In this document: piece after piece, positions 60,566 through 64,000 of the stretch | How positions within the stretch are numbered: position 1 is the first letter of the stretch | Layout of the letters: each line of letters starts with the position of its first letter | NCBI GenBank assembly: GCA_020184695.1 | Contig: JAANOX010000212.1 | Location: forward strand, 1 to 64,000 | Length of the DNA stretch: 64,000 nt | Direction: 5' to 3' | Origin: Histomonas meleagridis 2922-C6/04-290x | Taxonomy: Eukaryota; Protista; Parabasalia | Notes under the pieces: model-generated | Database searches by the model: none | What the model saw: the letters and a program-made list of their open reading frames with translations, nothing else | What the model was told of the DNA's origin: nothing | Made by a program: the position numbers and the translations under genes

Positions 60566-61027
60566 ATTTTGAAATTTACATAAATTTTAATGATATTTTA
60601 AAATGAAAAATTATATTCAATAATTTCATAAAATTGTGTAATTTCGTAAAACTATTCTCCCATAAAATGATTTTATGATCCTCAAGAGGAATTAATACTT
60701 ATTGGGATTGACATGAATTGTTTAATACATCTTGAAGAAGTTCCATAAAATTATCCCGTAAATTGTAATATAAAAGATGAACACGTTTATAAAATTTTTA
60801 TCATCCTTGAGATATAAAAAAAACAATAAATATCTGTGAAGGCATCGTCTCCATCCTTATAACGCATTTTTTAAAAAAATCATTCTTTATTAATTTTATA
60901 ATAAAATTAATTGTCTATTCTTATATGTAATCACAATTCAAATTTAAACTTTATAACGCACAATTTAAACAGATTATTTCACACTAAAAATTTTTTTTTT
61001 AACTCTGCTTTACTATTTTCGTTCCGA

Positions 61028-63994
61028 TTAAATCCATTGATCATCTTCAGCATTTAAAAATTGGCTTACATCTTCGTTTATTACCTCCGTTTTACTTTCC
61101 ACGTTTGAAGATGTTATTTTACCATTTTCACTTGTTTCTTTTATTGGCTTATTATGCTTGCTGAGTTTAATAACAAAAATAGTAAGGCCAATGATAAGTG
61201 ATATACCAAAAATTGAACCACAAACAATTGCAATGATAGCTCCAATCGATAACCCGTTGTCAGTATGTAAAGTTGTGGTAATTAATGTATAGAAACTATT
61301 GGAAAAGCTGATATAATATGTATATATTATCAATGTGTATTCATAAAAGACAAAATTCGTTGTTATGTAAGTACGATCAGTAGTAAACATGGTCAATGTG
61401 AAAGAGTTTGAGAGAAAAGTTATGCATGATAAGGTATGAGTTAGCGTAAGTGAATAAGTGACATTGGTATCAGACAACGCGAATGTTGTTGATTTGATAA
61501 ATGTATTAGAACTTGTAAAAGTCAGTGATTCGGTAAATGTTGAACTTGCGAATGTATTTGATTCGGTAAATGTATTAGAGAATGAATTTGATGATGTAAA
61601 TGGATTCGTCGGCCATGGAAGACATCCTTGAATAGTTGTGCCTTTTAAAACAGTTAATGTGCCAAATGAATTATTTTTATATTCATTTTGTACCATTACA
61701 ATGATATTGGTTGAATTAAATGAATCATGATGAATATTAGGTTCTGTTTCACCATAAAAATAAATACATTTGAGATTCGTGCATTCTAAAAATGCCAATT
61801 CTTCGATTTCTTGCAAATGTTCTTGAATTAATAATGATGTTAAATTACATTTACAGAATGAATATGAACAAATTTTATTTATAGTGTAAGGAATTTCAAA
61901 TATATTATTTCTACTTCCACTTGGAAATGTAATAATTTCTGTAATGTTTTTGTTATATAGAATTCCATCATTTTCATAATTTGAATAATTTGTGTTATTT
62001 TTTGATACTTTTATAAATTGAAGATTTTTGCATAAAACAAATACATTTGATTCAATACTTTTAATTGATTTTGGAATTGTAATGTTTCTTAATGAAGAAC
62101 ATTCCTGAAATGCTGATTCTCCAATTTCTTCAACTCCTTCTTCAATAATAACTGTAGTCAAATTTGAACATGAAGAAAATGCAAATGATCCAATTATTCT
62201 AATTGATTTTGGAATTGTAATATTTTTCAATGAAGAACATGTTCGAAATGCTGATTCTCCAATTTTTTCAACTCCTTCTTCAATAATAACTGAAATCAAA
62301 TTAATACATTCTCTAAAAGTGGATGATTTAATTGCTTTAACAGTCCCAGGAATTGTAATATATGATAATAAATTACATTGGCCAAATGCTGAATCTCCAA
62401 TTTCTTCAGTTCCGTTTTCAATAATAACTGTAATTAATTTAGAACATATATAAAATGCCATGGATCCAATTGTTTTAACTGTGCTTGGAATTGTAATATT
62501 TTTTAATGAAGAACATTGTTCAAATGCTGAATCTCCAATTGTTTCAACTCCTTCTTCAATAATAACTGCAATTAAACCAGAACATGAATTAAATGCTGAT
62601 GCTCCAATTGTTTTAATTGTACTTGGAATTGTAATATTTCGTAATGAAACACATGATGCAAATACTGATTCTTCAATTGTTTCAACTCCTTCTTCAATAA
62701 TAATTGCAACCAAATCATGACATGAATAAAATGCCAAAGATCCAATTCTTCGAATTGAACTTGGAATTGTAATATTTCGTAATGAAATACATGATGCAAA
62801 TGCTGATTCTTCAATTGTTTCAACTCCTTCTTCAATAATAATTGCAACCAAATCATGACATGAATAAAATGCTGATGCTCCAATTGTTTTAATTGTCCTT
62901 GGAATTGTAATATTTTGCAATAAAGATCCCTGAAATGCTGACGATTGAATGGATGTTACATTGCTTGGAAATGATATCATCTCTTTTCCATTTGGAAAAA
63001 TAAAGATTTCGGTTATATCTTTATTATAAAGAATTCCATCATTTTCATAATTTGCATAATTTGAATTATTCGATGAAACTATAATAGATTGAAGTTTTTT
63101 ACATTCAGAAAATGCAGTGCTAAAAATTGTAGTAATTGAATTTGGAATTGAAATATTTGGTAATGAAATACATTGTTGAAATGCATTATCACCAATTTCT
63201 TCAACTCCTTCTTCAAGAGTAATTGATGTTAAATTATAACATTCTCTAAATGAATATTTGCAAATTGTTTTAATAGTACCCGGAATTAGAATATTTTGCA
63301 ACGAAATGCATGATTGAAATGCTCTTTCACCAAGTGATTCAACTGAATTAGGAATTATGATATTTTGCAACGAAATGCATGATTGAAATGCTAATTCACC
63401 AATTGATTCAACTGAATTTGGAATTGTAATATTTTGTAATAAAGAATATGATAGAAATGCTTCATTTGGAATAGTTAGAATTCCGCTTTGTATTATAACA
63501 GTAACAGCTCTTTCTCTGTAATTTTTGTTATTAAAATCAAGATTGTTGTATATCATTAATGTATTTGTTGTTTCATCAAAAGAAATTTGAAATGTTTGAA
63601 TAAAAAATATTAAAAACAAGAAAGAAATCAATTTATCTTTGTTCTTATTTTTCAAATAATAAAATTTTATATTATTAATAAATAAGGAATGTTTAAAAAC
63701 ATATAGAATAGCAATCAAAGATAATAGAATACCAAAATGTCTATTTAAAATTGAAATGAATTGGTAAAAATATTTGATATAATGAAAAAATGTGAAAAAT
63801 AATCTAACAAAATCAGTAAAAATTTGGTTTATATGATATAAATATGTTATGTTATTGAACAAATTAGTTTTATCATTATAAAGCTGATAAATTTTTGCAT
63901 TGAATTTATCCCATATGTAAAAAGAATCCTCATAATTATTATTTGGCATAATTACATTTTGGTATGTGTTAATTGCTCTCTTTGAATATAACAA
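61028..63994 (-). CDS. BspA-like LRR_5 surface protein with Ser/Thr-rich stalk, TM and cytoplasmic tail; 5' end unresolved
   Basis: About 20 LRR_5 repeats, TxSxTF stalk, TM GLSIGAIIAIVCGSIFGISLIIGLTIFVI, tail ending EDDQWI; frame is open to the window edge. Confidence 0.9.
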   Translation of the reverse strand: MLYSKRAINTYQNVIMPNNNYEDSFYIWDKFNAKIYQLYNDKTNLFNNITYLYHINQIFTDFVRLFFTFFHYIKYFYQFISILNRHFGILLSLIAILYVFKHSLFINNIKFYYLKNKNKDKLISFLFLIFFIQTFQISFDETTNTLMIYNNLDFNNKNYRERAVTVIIQSGILTIPNEAFLSYSLLQNITIPNSVESIGELAFQSCISLQNIIIPNSVESLGERAFQSCISLQNILIPGTIKTICKYSFRECYNLTSITLEEGVEEIGDNAFQQCISLPNISIPNSITTIFSTAFSECKKLQSIIVSSNNSNYANYENDGILYNKDITEIFIFPNGKEMISFPSNVTSIQSSAFQGSLLQNITIPRTIKTIGASAFYSCHDLVAIIIEEGVETIEESAFASCISLRNITIPSSIRRIGSLAFYSCHDLVAIIIEEGVETIEESVFASCVSLRNITIPSTIKTIGASAFNSCSGLIAVIIEEGVETIGDSAFEQCSSLKNITIPSTVKTIGSMAFYICSKLITVIIENGTEEIGDSAFGQCNLLSYITIPGTVKAIKSSTFRECINLISVIIEEGVEKIGESAFRTCSSLKNITIPKSIRIIGSFAFSSCSNLTTVIIEEGVEEIGESAFQECSSLRNITIPKSIKSIESNVFVLCKNLQFIKVSKNNTNYSNYENDGILYNKNITEIITFPSGSRNNIFEIPYTINKICSYSFCKCNLTSLLIQEHLQEIEELAFLECTNLKCIYFYGETEPNIHHDSFNSTNIIVMVQNEYKNNSFGTLTVLKGTTIQGCLPWPTNPFTSSNSFSNTFTESNTFASSTFTESLTFTSSNTFIKSTTFALSDTNVTYSLTLTHTLSCITFLSNSFTLTMFTTDRTYITTNFVFYEYTLIIYTYYISFSNSFYTLITTTLHTDNGLSIGAIIAIVCGSIFGISLIIGLTIFVIKLSKHNKPIKETSENGKITSSNVESKTEVINEDVSQFLNAEDDQWI

Positions 63995-64000
63995 AACAAT

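Overview
AT-rich, gene-dense eukaryotic DNA, inferred to come from a parabasalid (Trichomonas/Tritrichomonas-like). The evidence is a NuoF/51-kDa NADH dehydrogenase with a hydrogenosomal-type presequence, BspA-like LRR_5 surface proteins, a DUF3447-type ankyrin gene and TCA(T/C)T Inr motifs just upstream of ATGs. About 25 genes read as intronless ORFs: RNase III, RRM+BTB, Furry-like, two SNF2 ATPases, Ada1-like, USP7-like, two TBC, two BspA, Myb+U-box, three kinases, AZUL-HECT E3, TRAPPC5, ICE2/SERINC-like, Raptor-like, IFT88, NMNAT, LRR/coiled-coil and NuoF. There is also one decayed pogo-type DNA transposon with TIRs. The standout is the ankyrin gene at 12832-15399. Its last six ankyrin modules are intact, but each is preceded, at the same beta-hairpin position, by a stop-containing T-rich insert with no GT-AG ends. 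The insert lengths are 100, 140, 140, 160, 160 and 80 nt, all exact multiples of a degenerate 20-nt unit. This suggests an undescribed class of intervening sequence or a cassette system, which needs RNA data to test. Several enzymes lack catalytic residues, and NuoF is frameshifted near its 3' end. No database searches were run; family calls come from recognising motifs by eye.
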